Of a stretch of DNA of 64,000 bases, positions 38,871 to 50,490 are shown piece by piece; the stretch's first letter is position 1; every line of letters begins with the position of its first letter. Made by a program: the position numbers and the translations under genes. The notes under the pieces were generated by a model that was given only the letters and a program-made list of their open reading frames with translations, was not told the origin of the DNA and searched no databases. Location: contig MU058387.1 of NCBI GenBank assembly GCA_013265495.1, positions 744,001 to 808,000 of the forward strand. Direction: 5' to 3'. This stretch comes from Vicugna vicugna (lineage: Eukaryota).

Positions 38871-40482
38871 AACCTGGAGCGAAAAGCACCTAATTTTGAG
38901 AGACGTTAAGTAGTGGCTGTGAAAAATGGCCTCCTTTAATAGGTCTTTGTGTATGTTAGATACATTTTATTGTTTTGCTATATATTTCCATTATATTCCA
39001 CATAATTTTCCAGAGTAACTATTGCACATTGTTTCACTGCACAACTGTGGAAGTTAAAGCTAAGCTTCCTCGCTTCCTCCCCTCTCCCTGTCCTTGTCTA
39101 AAATAGAAAATCATCTGAAAGAAAGAACCTAGAGACAGTTTCCATGTGAGGAATGAGATTGCCCTTGTGAAGGGTTAGAGATCTAGGACTATGGGCAGAA
39201 AATCATTGAAAGATAATCTCTACGAGATTTAGAAAATTACTGGGAGGGATCAACACTGAAGGTTAGACTGTCCCCAGACTTCCAGTAGTAAATACCTAAG
39301 GGACATTCATTTATTACAAATTAATTTTAATTCATGTAATTTTCTATGCTACGTCATGCTACTTCACGAAGAAGACGTAATGAGAGCCAATCTATATATA
39401 ATTCATCCACTTTGCTAAATCAAAACTTAAGGAAATACTTTTAACTCATTTGAAATTCTTGCTGCTGGTAAACTGATGTGGGCCGAGTTCTCCAGAAGTA
39501 GCAGTCAAGGAGTTAATCCATTGAGCCACCGAGCGTCACTCTGCCCCATGGACAGAATTCAGATGTGGGTTAAAGCTATGAATTTGGGGAGCAGAACACT
39601 CCCATCTTGGCAGCACTGGCTTGAAGCCCTAGATACACCCAGCACCGCGCAGCGGATGCCGTAGGGAGAGGCTCCAGGCACATCCCAGGACTCCGACGGG
39701 ATAAAGTCAAGAGCCGAGCTCCTGGCTCACTCAGAGACTATTTTCTCAAGGCGTCGTGCAAGGAAGAAAATGTAACTTACTTTATATAATGTGCGTGCTG
39801 CATGTGGATCGTGCTGCTCTGGTAGCAGCTACCGCCTGAAAAGCAATGAGAAGGCAGAGAAAAATGGTCCTCCCTTTAACTCATCAGAATCTGGTGATGG
39901 GGATATGGATGTGCTAAGAATAAGAGGTGATTGGCATTCATTTTTTGTTACTGATGGACTTCTGTGGTTCCCTGGAGTGTCTTTAATCCCAGCAATAGGG
40001 TTTATTTATTTATTCCTCAGGGAACATGTGTTCCGTTCCCCTTATCTGTAAGGTTTGTCTTCGGAAGGCTCCACAATTAAGTTGCTCTATTGTCCTGACC
40101 TCTCTGTTTAAGCGCTGGTGAGCTAGGGCCCCTTGGCTAATGGCCTGACAAAATGCCAAAGAGTTGGTTAGTGTTTGCCCAGGACTGGGAAATGCGTTTT
40201 ATGAGTGAGATGAACACGTACCGGGGCCTTTATAGTACTGACTGAGGGCATTGCGCCCATTTCTGTCTTTAAATCATTAGCAGGAGGAATTACATGGGAA
40301 AAAAACAAGTGCTGAAAGGTATAAATGAGAAAAATGTGGGGGTTAATTAAAACCGTGAAAGGACTTTTTCTGTGATGTCTTAATTTTGTGTTTCTGTAAA
40401 GCAGGAGACATCCTGCGCCCAGGGTGGGTGGCTGGGCCCAGTCAGACTTGGAGGTTCTGGGTGTTTCTGCAGCTCTTTCTCC

Positions 40483-40982
40483 TGTCGATTGAAATAAAAT
40501 CACACAATGTTGTTTTAGTTGGGGCAAAGTGAGGACTACAGCCTGGGAGACGGCATCCCAGGAAGCTCTGAGACACTGTTCCGAGGAGGCAGGGGGAGCT
40601 GAGTGTTATATGTGATGTCGGCGCAGGGGGTTGTACGTGCAGTCAGGCACACACTTAGGCAGAGGCTTGATGCTAGTCATGAGGAACAGATGTCACCGTT
40701 AATGAATTTAGTGTTTTTCTGGATAGAAGGAGACTCAAGAATTTGGGCTCGTAAAATCTTCTCCTGAAAGTATCTAACCCTCTGAAGGCCTGTTGCACCA
40801 GTTGTCCCAGAGCGCAGAGCGCCTCATCCCTGACCTCCATCCTGACTCCTTCCAGGGAGGGTTGGAGGTCAGCGGCTGCCGCGGCTCGTGATTTAATCCA
40901 AGCGGAGTTAGATGGCAAGTGCCAATGTGGTTCCTTCCAGTCCTCGTTGAGGCAGGTGGCAGCTGCCAGTTTTTAGTTGGCA
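40483..40982 (-). mobile_element. ERV1-class solo LTR, MER41-like (cetartiodactyl type), 500 bp
   Basis: Begins TG (40483), ends CA (40982), flanked by a perfect 4-bp TSD CTCC (40479-40482 / 40983-40986). Body GGGGCAAAGTGAGGACTACAGCCTGGGAGAC...GCTAGTCATGAGGAACAG...AAGAATTTGGGCTCGTAAAATC...GATTTAATCC...GATGGCAAGTGCCAAT matches the recalled antisense MER41_BT-like consensus. Confidence 0.85.
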
Positions 40983-41723
40983 CTCCCCTTCCTGACCTCC
41001 AGGAAGGGACAACATGCCCTGCAGAGCCGCAGAGAACAGACATTCCCCCCGGGGCCCCCATGCGGTCTTGCCCGGCTGGCCCAGCAGAGGATGACTTACT
41101 GTGGGGAGCTGGCCGCCGCGGCGGATGTGCGCTGACGCGGGGCTCGGAGCAGCACTGAAAGCTGCTTGATGGGCTTCGCAGGGTCGGGGTGCAGGTTGGC
41201 GGGAATCCTGGTGGGGTCAGGCATCGCTGGCCCTACCTTAAGCAAGCCCTGTGTGGAGGAGCTGGATGTGGCTTCTGTGCCCCTGTTTAGTTTTCATTGC
41301 AAATGGGGCAGCATCCAGAAAACACTGAAGAGGGTGGGCTTGGAGGGGGAGCATGATGGAGGCACTGAATCTAGATGTGAGCGGGCCGAGGACTGGGAGG
41401 AGGCGGACGAGGGCTCGGTGGCATGGTGAAAGGGTATGTAACTTCGGGCCAGGAAGCGTGGGTGGCTTTCTACCGTGACTGCTGGTGGCTGGTGTGACCT
41501 TGAACCCTGGTTTCCGTACCAGCCCTGAAATGGTGGTCCAGGTCGCTACCTACACGCTGGAGGTGAGACCGAGGGAGATCAGGCTTGTGGTGCTTGTCAA
41601 GGTATCTGTCATCAACACTCAGTACGTGTCTCCAGCCCCTACACCTTTCGAAGCCGCCCCTCCTCAGGTCTGAGTGAGTGGAGAATCTGTCCTCTAGGTT
41701 GAAAGAGCAAGACGATGCTCAGA

Positions 41724-41991
41724 TTTTTTTTTTTAATAGAATTTTTTTAATTTTTAGATTCACAGCAAAACTGAGCTGTGAACTTGCATGGGAACTTAGA
41801 TTTCCCATAGAACCCTGCCCCGTACAGTATAACTTCCCCTACTGTCAACATCACACAGTTGTCACATTTGTTACAACTGATGAACCTACGCTGATGTACC
41901 ATTATCACCCACAGCCCATAGTTTACGATGAGTTCACTCTTGGTGTTGTACGTTGTATGAGTTTTCACAACTGTATAATGATATGTATCCA
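41724..41991 (-). mobile_element. L1MC-type (L1MC1-like) 3' end
   Basis: TTTTAATAGA...TTCACAGCAAAACTGAGC...ACATTTGTTACAACTGATGAACCTAC...ATTATCACCCACAGCCCATAGTTTAC...TTCACTCTTGGTGTTGTAC...TGTATAATGATATGTATCCA. Confidence 0.85.
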
Positions 41992-42111
41992 TATTTTTGG
42001 GGAGGAGGTAATTAGATTTATCTCTTTATTTTTCATGGAGGAGCTGGGGATTGAACCTGGGAGCTCAGACATGCTGAGCATGCGCCCTGCCCCTGAGCTA
42101 AACCCTCCCCC
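41992..42111 (-). mobile_element. tRNA-Ala-derived camelid SINE (Vic-1 type), diverged
   Basis: GGGGAGGAGGTAATTAGATTTAT...CTGGGGATTGAACCTGGG...CATGCTGAGCATGCG...CTGAGCTAAACCCTCCCC. Confidence 0.9.
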
Positions 42112-42919
42112 AGCACAGATGTTTTATTTCTCTTCCTCTTCTTGGTCCCACTTGTTTCATCCCAGATCATCATTTCTCAGGGCAATATTTGTATTTTCGG
42201 ACTGCTAATCCTGCCTTCCCCAATCGTGTTCAGTTATAATGAGAATTCTAAGTTATCCCTATTTGAAAAATGCAAAAGGTTTCACCACCAATCACAAAGG
42301 TGAGGCAAGCTTATTTATAGATAATTTGGAAAATCCGAAGTTCAAGAGTAAAATCCAGCAATTATAATCTCAGTGCACAGAAAGAATCGTTGCATGTGTG
42401 TGTATGTGTATTATATACACACGAGCAGACCTATGGTGGGTATTTTATTAAGTATGATACTAATATGTTATTTAGAGTTCTGGATTCTGCAAAATAAAGG
42501 CTGTCGAGATGGAGGATGGATGAATTTTATTTTCTTCATTTTAGATACATCTAAATCATAAGCGATTTGAGAATTCCCTCTGTTCCTGGAACCTGCCAGA
42601 AGGTTGGGTGAGGAACTGGGAAACCAAAGATGGGTGGTTGCATTTTTCTTCCTTTTCTTCCCCCGCTTTTACTGAGGAATAATTGACAAATATAAATGCA
42701 TATACATTTTCCTTTCTGAATGTACTTCAGGAGTATCAGTACTTTAGTTAGTGGTAATGACTGCAAGTATTTTTACATCATTTATCTTCTTGGCATTGGT
42801 TCTGCATGCCACGTATGCATACATATTTAATACCTGTATAACAGCATATATATGTGTGTATATATGTATAACAGGTACATATACATATATATAACAGATA
42901 CACATACAAGACTTACATA

Positions 42920-43030
42920 ATTCTTTTTATAAGAAGAGGCAAATGAGGCACAGAGAGGTTAAGTAACTTACCCACATGTCACACAGTCTGTCATAATGGA
43001 GCCTGGCTGCAATGCCAGGGGCTACTTGAG
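42920..43030 (-). mobile_element. MIR SINE fragment
   Basis: AAATGAGGCACAGAGAGGTTAAGTAACTTACCCACATGTCACACAG (antisense MIR core). Confidence 0.8.
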
Positions 43031-43084
43031 CTTTTATCTATTCTGCTTACCGCATGGATAATTTTGGTGTAAGAAATGATGCTC

Positions 43085-43263
43085 AATCAATGAGCACAAA
43101 GTTTTGGTTCTGCAAGATGAGTAAGTTCTAGAGATTGGTGGTACAACATTGTCCCAAGAGTTAACAGTTCTGTATTATATACCTAAAATGTTGTTGACGG
43201 TAGATTTTGCTGTGTTTTTACCACAATACAATAAAATTTAAAAAAAAAAAGAAAGAAAGAAAT
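43085..43263 (+). mobile_element. Old L1 3' end (L1MA/L1MB type) with poly-A and TSD
   Basis: CAAAGTTTTGGTTCTGCAAGATGAGTAAGTTCTAGAGAT...GTACAACATTGT...GTTAACAGTTCTGTATTATATACCTAAAA...TTTTTACCACAATA + A tail; flanks GAAATGATGCTC (43073-43084) / GAAATAATGCTC (43264-43275). Confidence 0.85.
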
Positions 43264-44991
43264 GAAATAATGCTCCAGTTCGGCATTTCATAACCCTGGT
43301 AAAACTCATCTTTTATGCCAATCCTTTCACAGTATAGGAACTGAAACTATGGTGCTTTATTTTATATATATATACACACGCACACACACGCACACACACA
43401 TATATATAAAAAAAGAAAAAAGGGTGTGTGTTTAATTCTTTCTAAGCAGCTGAAGTTGGCACGCCAGTCAGGCAGAGTCTCATGGGCATGGGGTTGTTAG
43501 TCATGGCCCCCACATTTGTCCAGTGGGGGTCATGGCATTTCTCTGAGTCAGAAGAAAAAAGTTCACACCCAACAGATCAACACAGGAAGGGAAGCTGGTT
43601 CTTGTGGAGTTTAGATGAGTTGAAGAAATTCCCAAGTAATGTGTGAAGATTAAAAATTGTATTTGTTTAATTTAATTTTTTTTATTTTTTGGAGTTGGCT
43701 TTCCTTTATAGATCAGTATGCTCCAGTTTGGCTGTAGGGAAATCTGCTCTATGTTATAAAAAACAGTCTTTTACTTGATATTTGGCCCTTGGTTCATGTT
43801 TTAGAAAAAGGGTTGCAGTTTCCAGTTTTACCATCCAATGAGGAAGCTAATTTTTTTTTTTTCAAAGTGATATTTGGAAAAAAAAAAGTACACTCTTGCA
43901 GCATTTCAGGAAATGGGTACAAGTAGCTTTGAAACTGCTTTGTCATCTGGTTTGAAGCTGGCTAAGGATTGAGAAAAAGCAGCGCTCATCCTGGTCACTC
44001 TAATTGGCACTGACAACAGACACCAGCGTCCAACAGTTGCCAAGAATTCCCAAGGAAGAGCTACTTCTGCTGTCTGAGATTCTCCAGATTTGTTTTGTTT
44101 GTTCATTTGATGTATAATCTTGTGGTTTCTGGCCATTTCACCACCTAAAGCAGAAAAATGTATTTGATTCTTAGCTTGTTTTAACTAGAACTTGCTCTCC
44201 AAATTCTAACTATTTCAACAAATTAGAGGACTTGACTGTGGAAAAAAAAATTTTTTTTTTACGTGAACACTTCGCAGTGACTCAAACTGTACCCCACGTT
44301 CAGCAGACAAATGCAGACTGTCTCTTTAGATGTGGTCACAGTTGACAGTTCAAAAGCATGAAATCAAAACCCTTAAGACTTGGAATAAAAAAGTCATTCT
44401 TGGAATAAGAGGTTGTATTTCAAAGATGATATTAAAATGGTAATAATTTTAAACATGCCCTTTTAGCATAAATTTCTCCTGATTAAACACTGCCCACAAA
44501 ACTGTAAGGCTGTATGTATGGTCTTAAGCGTCCTTTTAGGGAGCGCCCTGAAACTCTCAGATGGTGAATGATGTGGGAGTGTGCTAGGGGACTGCTTTTT
44601 ATTTTAGTTTCCTTTTTTATTGGTGGTGATGGGATTAGATTAAAATCACCTAGAATGAGCCAAATGTGTTTGGTTCTCAATTTTAGTTTTCAATACTGTC
44701 GTGAGCTAAAAATGAGTGATTCTTCTTACGCCCTCATATATTTTCCTCCTCTCTCTTCATGTGTGGTTAAATGAAAGATACTGGGCTTTGTTATTAATAA
44801 AAATGATAGAAATACTGCCAGTTCTGTAAGCATCCCGGGAACAGGATGAAGCACTTTGCTTGCATTCTCTCCGGCGGGACCCTCGCCCATCCTTCAGGGT
44901 GGGTACTGCTGTACTGTGAACAGTATTATACAGATAAGGAGACTTGCGTTTCCCAAAGTTCAGTAATTTGTTCTGTGTCCTGTCACTAGTT

Positions 44992-45197
44992 CAGGGTTTC
45001 TCAGCTGCAGCGATATGGACAGTTTGAAGTGAAGAGCACTCTGCCTTGCAGGAGACTCAGAAACATCCCTGGTCTCGTCTGTGGTCTCACCCCACTAAAC
45101 ACCAGTAGCATCCCCAGTCAGGACTACTAAAAAGTCTCCCACACTGCCAGCTGCCCCCTAGGGGAGGGGGGCCGAAGTGCCCCATTGAGAACCGCTG
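44992..45197 (-). mobile_element. MER20 hAT-Charlie DNA transposon, inserted into a MIR
   Basis: Terminal inverted repeats CAGGGTTTCTCA...TGAGAACCGCTG; degenerate 8-bp TSD CACTAGTT / CTCTGGTT; internal CATCCCTGGTCTC...CACCAGTAGCA...TGCCCCCTAGGGG; MIR-like sequence on both sides. Confidence 0.8.
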
Positions 45198-45484
45198 CTC
45201 TGGTTCTGTGGCAGAGCTTGGGAATGTCTTAGACTAACTCCCTTCCTCTTAACGTGTGTGCCGTGTTGCCCCTCCCTGTTCATCTAAAACATGGCTGCAG
45301 CCTTCGGCTCTTCTGATCTCTTCCTCTGCCAAAAATCTCTCTCTCTCTTTCTTCTGAACACAGAGATGTAGCTTTTAGTAAGTGATCATTAACATCTGCT
45401 CGTTTATCTCGGTGATGGGCTAAGTGCATGACAAACACCTTTCTGTTCTCTCTGCGGGTGTGGTCAGTTAAAGATGGTGTCGGG

Positions 45485-45719
45485 ACAGATGAGTAGTTTG
45501 GGAATAACAGACACACATTACTGTATATAAAAGAGATAAACGACAAGGACCTACTGTATAGCACAGGGAACTATATTCGATTTCTTGTACTAAGCTGTAA
45601 TGCAAAAGAATCTTAAAATATATGCATATATATGTATGTATACGTATAAGTGAATCGCTTTGCTGTACACCTGAAACTAACATTGTGTATCAATTACACT
45701 TCAGTGAAAAATAAAATAA
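45485..45719 (+). mobile_element. 5'-truncated L1 3' end with TSD
   Basis: ACAAGGACCTACTGTATAGCACAGGGAACTATATTC...TGCTGTACACCTGAAACTAACATTGTGTATCAATTACACTTCA + A-rich tail; flanks ATGGTGTCGGG (45474-45484) / ATGGTGTAGGG (45720-45730). Confidence 0.9.
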
Positions 45720-48112
45720 ATGGTGTAGGGTCTACACGTTGTGAAGGCAACAGCGTACGCATCACAGTATGTGTGAGGAACCATTCAGTAAGCGTTTTCT
45801 TAATTGCTCATCTCTCTTCCCTTGCTGAATGTGCACCTGGGATGTACTGCCGTCACGTGTTCACTGTCACTGTTTCCTCTGAATTGCTGAGTGGTCTTGA
45901 GCAAGTGCCCGGATCATTTCTGTTTTCTCCTTTTTCTCTTTGACAAAATGAGAGCCATCAATCTCTTGCAACGCCTCTTAGCTTTCACTTGGGAGAGTGG
46001 CGTCTTAACTGCAAAACACTTTGAAAGGAATTCTAAGGCATCCAGTTCATTGGAAAGAAAATACAATTTTTGAAAAATAGAAGCATCATTCATTGAACTC
46101 ACTTTCAAGATGAAACAGTCCGCCTGTCAGCCTTCAGTGTGTGAAAGAAGATAAGAAGAAAGCCAAGAGGAAAGTAGCCACATCCCAGGCCATCTCTGGC
46201 TTCGGCTTTCCCAGGGGTGGGCTCTTCCTCAGGCTTTCTAGTAGCTGCGGATTTGGATAAATGTGAAGCCATTTTGGAAAGAATGTCATACAAGCACTGA
46301 TCAGTGGTGTCTTGATGTTGGTATCATCTCTGCATTTCACAGGAGCTGGGACACATCTTGTCCTCTTCCAGTGTGTGTTTGAAGTGCGTTGTCCTGTGGG
46401 TGTTTATTCTCTGGGTGAGACAGTCTGCAATGGAAAAGTGCTTGGACTCTGAGGATCTGAAGGGGCACAGGCCGGGGACAGACCACAGCCCTGCCCCTTG
46501 TTTGGGAAAGTTGTGGGGCAGGTTTCAATAGCTTGTGGGAGGTAGCTCAGATGACTGGTTAAATGATCAGAAATCCTATCACCTTGGGACTCCAAAATAG
46601 CCATCAAATTGGTTTTGCCAATGAGCATGTGAAATAATTAGCTGAGGGTAAAACAAATCTTTGTAAATCTAGGCTAGCAGGCAACTAAGTGTTTCTTTTT
46701 AATTGCTTTTGATTTATTGAGTGACAGGTGTACATGGGTACCTAATTTATAAATGAGATGGAATTTTGTTTGCTGAATATATAGCATTTTTATTGCTTAA
46801 TAAATATTTTGTGAGCTCAGCACAAACTCTTGGGATGTGGTGAAAAAAGGGGGCATTATGCTTACGTAGAAAGCTATATAAATGTAATATGCATTTATCT
46901 TAGTGTTTAAAACACATCCAGCAGTCACCAAATGAATGACTCCCTCCACTAAATTGCAATATCAAAGTAAATTGCAAATTGATTTTTAAAGTGTCAAATT
47001 AAATATTTCTTTACGTGGTAGTTGATTTCACCCTGTCTGAGATGGGTCATTAAAAATATATGTGACATGAAGAAAACGAAAATCTTGTGTAAGATTGTTT
47101 TCTAACAACAACAATAAAATGTGACAGGATAAAGATGGGTTTCTCATTTCTTATTGTTAATCAATATATTCTGTGATGATGGAAGACAAAATAGAAAAGG
47201 AAAGCGAGGACTCTAGAGAAGGACCAGCAGTCGCTCCTCCCTGTTCCTGCTCTTTGTATCCTAGTAGCCACATGCCTTGTTTCTCTCCCAATCTGAAAGC
47301 AGTTAGGTGCAGATTGTAGGACACACTAAATGGAGACCTCTAACTTCCCTTCCTTCTCCATCTGGTAAGGAGAATTGGTACACCCTTTGCCCTTTGCTGA
47401 TAAAAGTGCATCTGCTCTGAAAATCAGTGGAATCCAGTGTGTACAAAAAAGTATCGGCATTACTTGCTCAATCGAAAACTGTAACCACCTTATTTCTGCA
47501 TCTGTTCATGCAGGACGCCATACAGAGTGCTGTGGGGGAGCCAGACGTGCAAAACATGCCACCTCGGCCGTCCCACGAGCACGGCTTTCTTAGTAGTCAT
47601 CTCACACTATTTTCAAATTATGTAAAGATTTTGCATGGTCCTTTCAAATCAACGGGTGTAAATTACAACAAAATACATCTTCCTCTACCCTAGACTAAAC
47701 CCCAGTTCACATCTGAAGATGGGTAGCACTTTACTTTCCTCTCATGCTACACAGTTGCCACTGGGTTATAGTCTGTTCCTTGAAGACCATTTAGAAGAAG
47801 TGTTTCTTCAGAAGAAAGGAGAAAAAAATGATTTGGCTTTGATTAGGTATCTGTGTACTGTCTTTAGCTCAACTTTTCATGTCTTTGGGAGCAGCTTGCA
47901 AATTTTTAATCAGCGAGTTATCAGACTTTTCCTAAAATTTCCAGATATTTTCTGTGATGTATGTGACCCCATTCTGTGCTGCTTCGGACATTCTACGAAG
48001 CTCATACTGTCTCTCCCTCAGGACAACTGAACTTCTTTTCTGTATCTCGTCTCCTGGATTCATAGCCAGTAGGTTAATTTAAGGCTCCTCAGACCTTTCA
48101 TATGATTTCTTT

Positions 48113-48441
48113 TCTTTTCTTTCTTTCTTTGTTTTTTTTTGTTTTGGTAAATATGTTTTCATTCTATTTTAATTAATTAATTAATTAATTGACGTATAGT
48201 CAGTTACAGCATGTCAATTTCTGGTGCACAGTATGATGTCCCAGTCATACATATATATATATATATACACACACACATATATTCAGGAACGTATTCTTCT
48301 TCATTAAAGGTTATTATAAGGCATTAAATACAGCTCTCTGTGCTATACAGAAGAAATTTGTATTTTTATCTATTTTTATATAAAGTGGTTAACATTTGCA
48401 AATCTCAAACTCCCAGATTTGCCCCTTCCTACCCCCTTAAG
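48113..48441 (-). mobile_element. 5'-truncated L1 3' end with TSD
   Basis: ATTGACGTATAGTCAGTTACAGCATGTCAATTTCTGGTGCACAG...CTGTGCTATACAG...AATCTCAAACTCCCAGATTT; flanks TGATTTCTTT at 48103-48112 and 48442-48451. Confidence 0.9.
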
Positions 48442-50284
48442 TGATTTCTTTAGAAGTATGATTGAAACCCTGTTGATTGGATAAGATTACAAATGTGTTC
48501 CTTTAAAATCAGTAGGTGCCAGTAGGATTTGAAATATGTCATATGCTGTCTGGGGATTGGAACCAAGGGATATGGTTGGGCATTTATAGTCTACCTGGAA
48601 ACCAATTAATAATGTTGTTTAGACTGTGAACTTTTTTCATCATTGCCAACTCTTAACTGTTTCTTTTGGTTGTTTAGCATTGTTTACATGGCTCTTGGTT
48701 ACCTGTGCTATTTTTTTTGTTGTTGTTTTGTTTTGTTTTTCTGGAATTGAAATAATTTTACACCTGGTTCTGAGCATTAAAATGTCTCAGCATCTGATTT
48801 GTTTAAATAATGCTTAAAAATTCCTATTCACCTGGTTTACTGTGGATCCTGTCATTTGTCTATTTATTTAGAATGCTGTGGTCACAAGTATCTGTTAATA
48901 ATTTTTCCAAATTCATCTAAAAACAGTATTTATTATTAAGTATATACTATTTAAATATTACTGTTAAATAATATTAAGCAAACAAGTGATGAAACTTTTA
49001 ACAGTAAGTGAACGATCACAATTATTTTTTACTGAAAATAATTTAACTAAGCTAAAATTTAGATTTTTCAATAGTAATGAGATTTTTCAGTCTCCTCAAA
49101 TTGTGGTCTTCTGAATAATGAACCAATGCTAGATTTAAGCTCCTTAATCCTGTTTTTCTAGAAAATTCAGATTGCAGTTGGTTGACCTCAGTAGTTCAGC
49201 AACCAAGTGAAGAATAGGCGAGGCTCTGTGTTGAGGTGACCAAGGTGAGCCTCTCCCTGTGGTTGGGAAGATAAAACATGGGCTGGTGGGAGGAGACACT
49301 GTGGGCTGGATGCCTGGCCCCAAACGCCAGCCCCACTCTCTGTTACCCATCAGCATGGCTTCCTTCCTTTGGATCCCCAGGGCTTTTATTCCAGTAAGAA
49401 TGCATTTTATAGTTAAAATGTGCCCTCATTGGAAGGGGTCTCCTAATACTTATGAACCCTTAAAATGGGACAATGCTGATTTCTAGCTTAGAAGAAGAAG
49501 TCCAGGGAAGGCGTCTTTGGAAAGGAGAAGACAGACGGGACAAACCGTTTGACTGGAGGAGACAGCAAAGGCATGGTAGGGAAAAAAATTCCACAGACAC
49601 ACCCTACGTGTATCAAGAGGCAGGGGCTTGACCATAAGGAAAGCAGCAAGTCTGTAAAAGTGACACTTTTTTTGCAGGGGGTCGGAAATGCAGGTCTTGG
49701 TGGAGTGACTGTCGGTGGGTGCCAGGGTCTTGCTCAGGTCCTGTCTGTATTTCACGTTGGCCCTCAGTGATGGGAAGGGTGGAGAAATGGAGGCCGTGAT
49801 CACTGCATCCAGGAAGGAGTGAGGATTTGTTAGGTATGGAATGTGTGTGAATGTGTGTCATTCGAGTGTGGCCGTGTGTGTGTGTGAGCAGAGCTTCATT
49901 GAATCTTTTCTCCAGGTATCCACGTGCTCAGCTCCTTCCTTCCTGCAAGCCTCTGCTCAGATGCCCCATTTAAAACCCTCACCTGCTCAGCCCTTCACTG
50001 CACACCCTGAACCCCTCTTACCTCAGTAGGTAACAGATACTTAATAAGCATCCCAGAATGTTCCCTCTAAGCAGTCAGACATTTAGAGTTGTCTCCATCG
50101 CAGTCATTTAAAGTAGGTAAACATACAGGAGGAGGCTTCTGTCTTTGGCACTTTTGATTTGAAGTCCTCTCATTCAGTTTTCATACACTCCTGATAAGAA
50201 CCGAAGTTTCCCCAATAGTTCCATGCACACCCACCCCACAACTGGCTAATTACCTAACAGGATGTGTGTGACATGTCAGAACAA

Positions 50285-50490
50285 CCCTGGGATTTGGGAA
50301 TCACATCATCCTGGGATCAAGAGCTGGGGTTTGTAATTGGTGTGAATTTGAGCAAATTGTTTCACTTTTCTTAAATTTACATTTTAAAAAAGTATCTCAA
50401 AAATGGGATAGTCGTAATGACCTAGCCAGGTTTTCTGAGGATTAGCGATAAGCTGTAAAGAAATGCCTGGCAAGGTGCCTGGCCTTGCGA
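50285..50490 (+). mobile_element. MIR SINE
   Basis: GTGTGAATTTGAGCAAATTGTTTCAC...AAAATGGGATAGT...TGAGGATTAGCGATAA...GGTGCCTGGC. Confidence 0.6.

Noticed and set aside
41678..42208. Longest ORF (176 aa)
   Set aside because: Non-ATG start; runs antisense through the L1MC fragment and the SINE; no recognisable protein.
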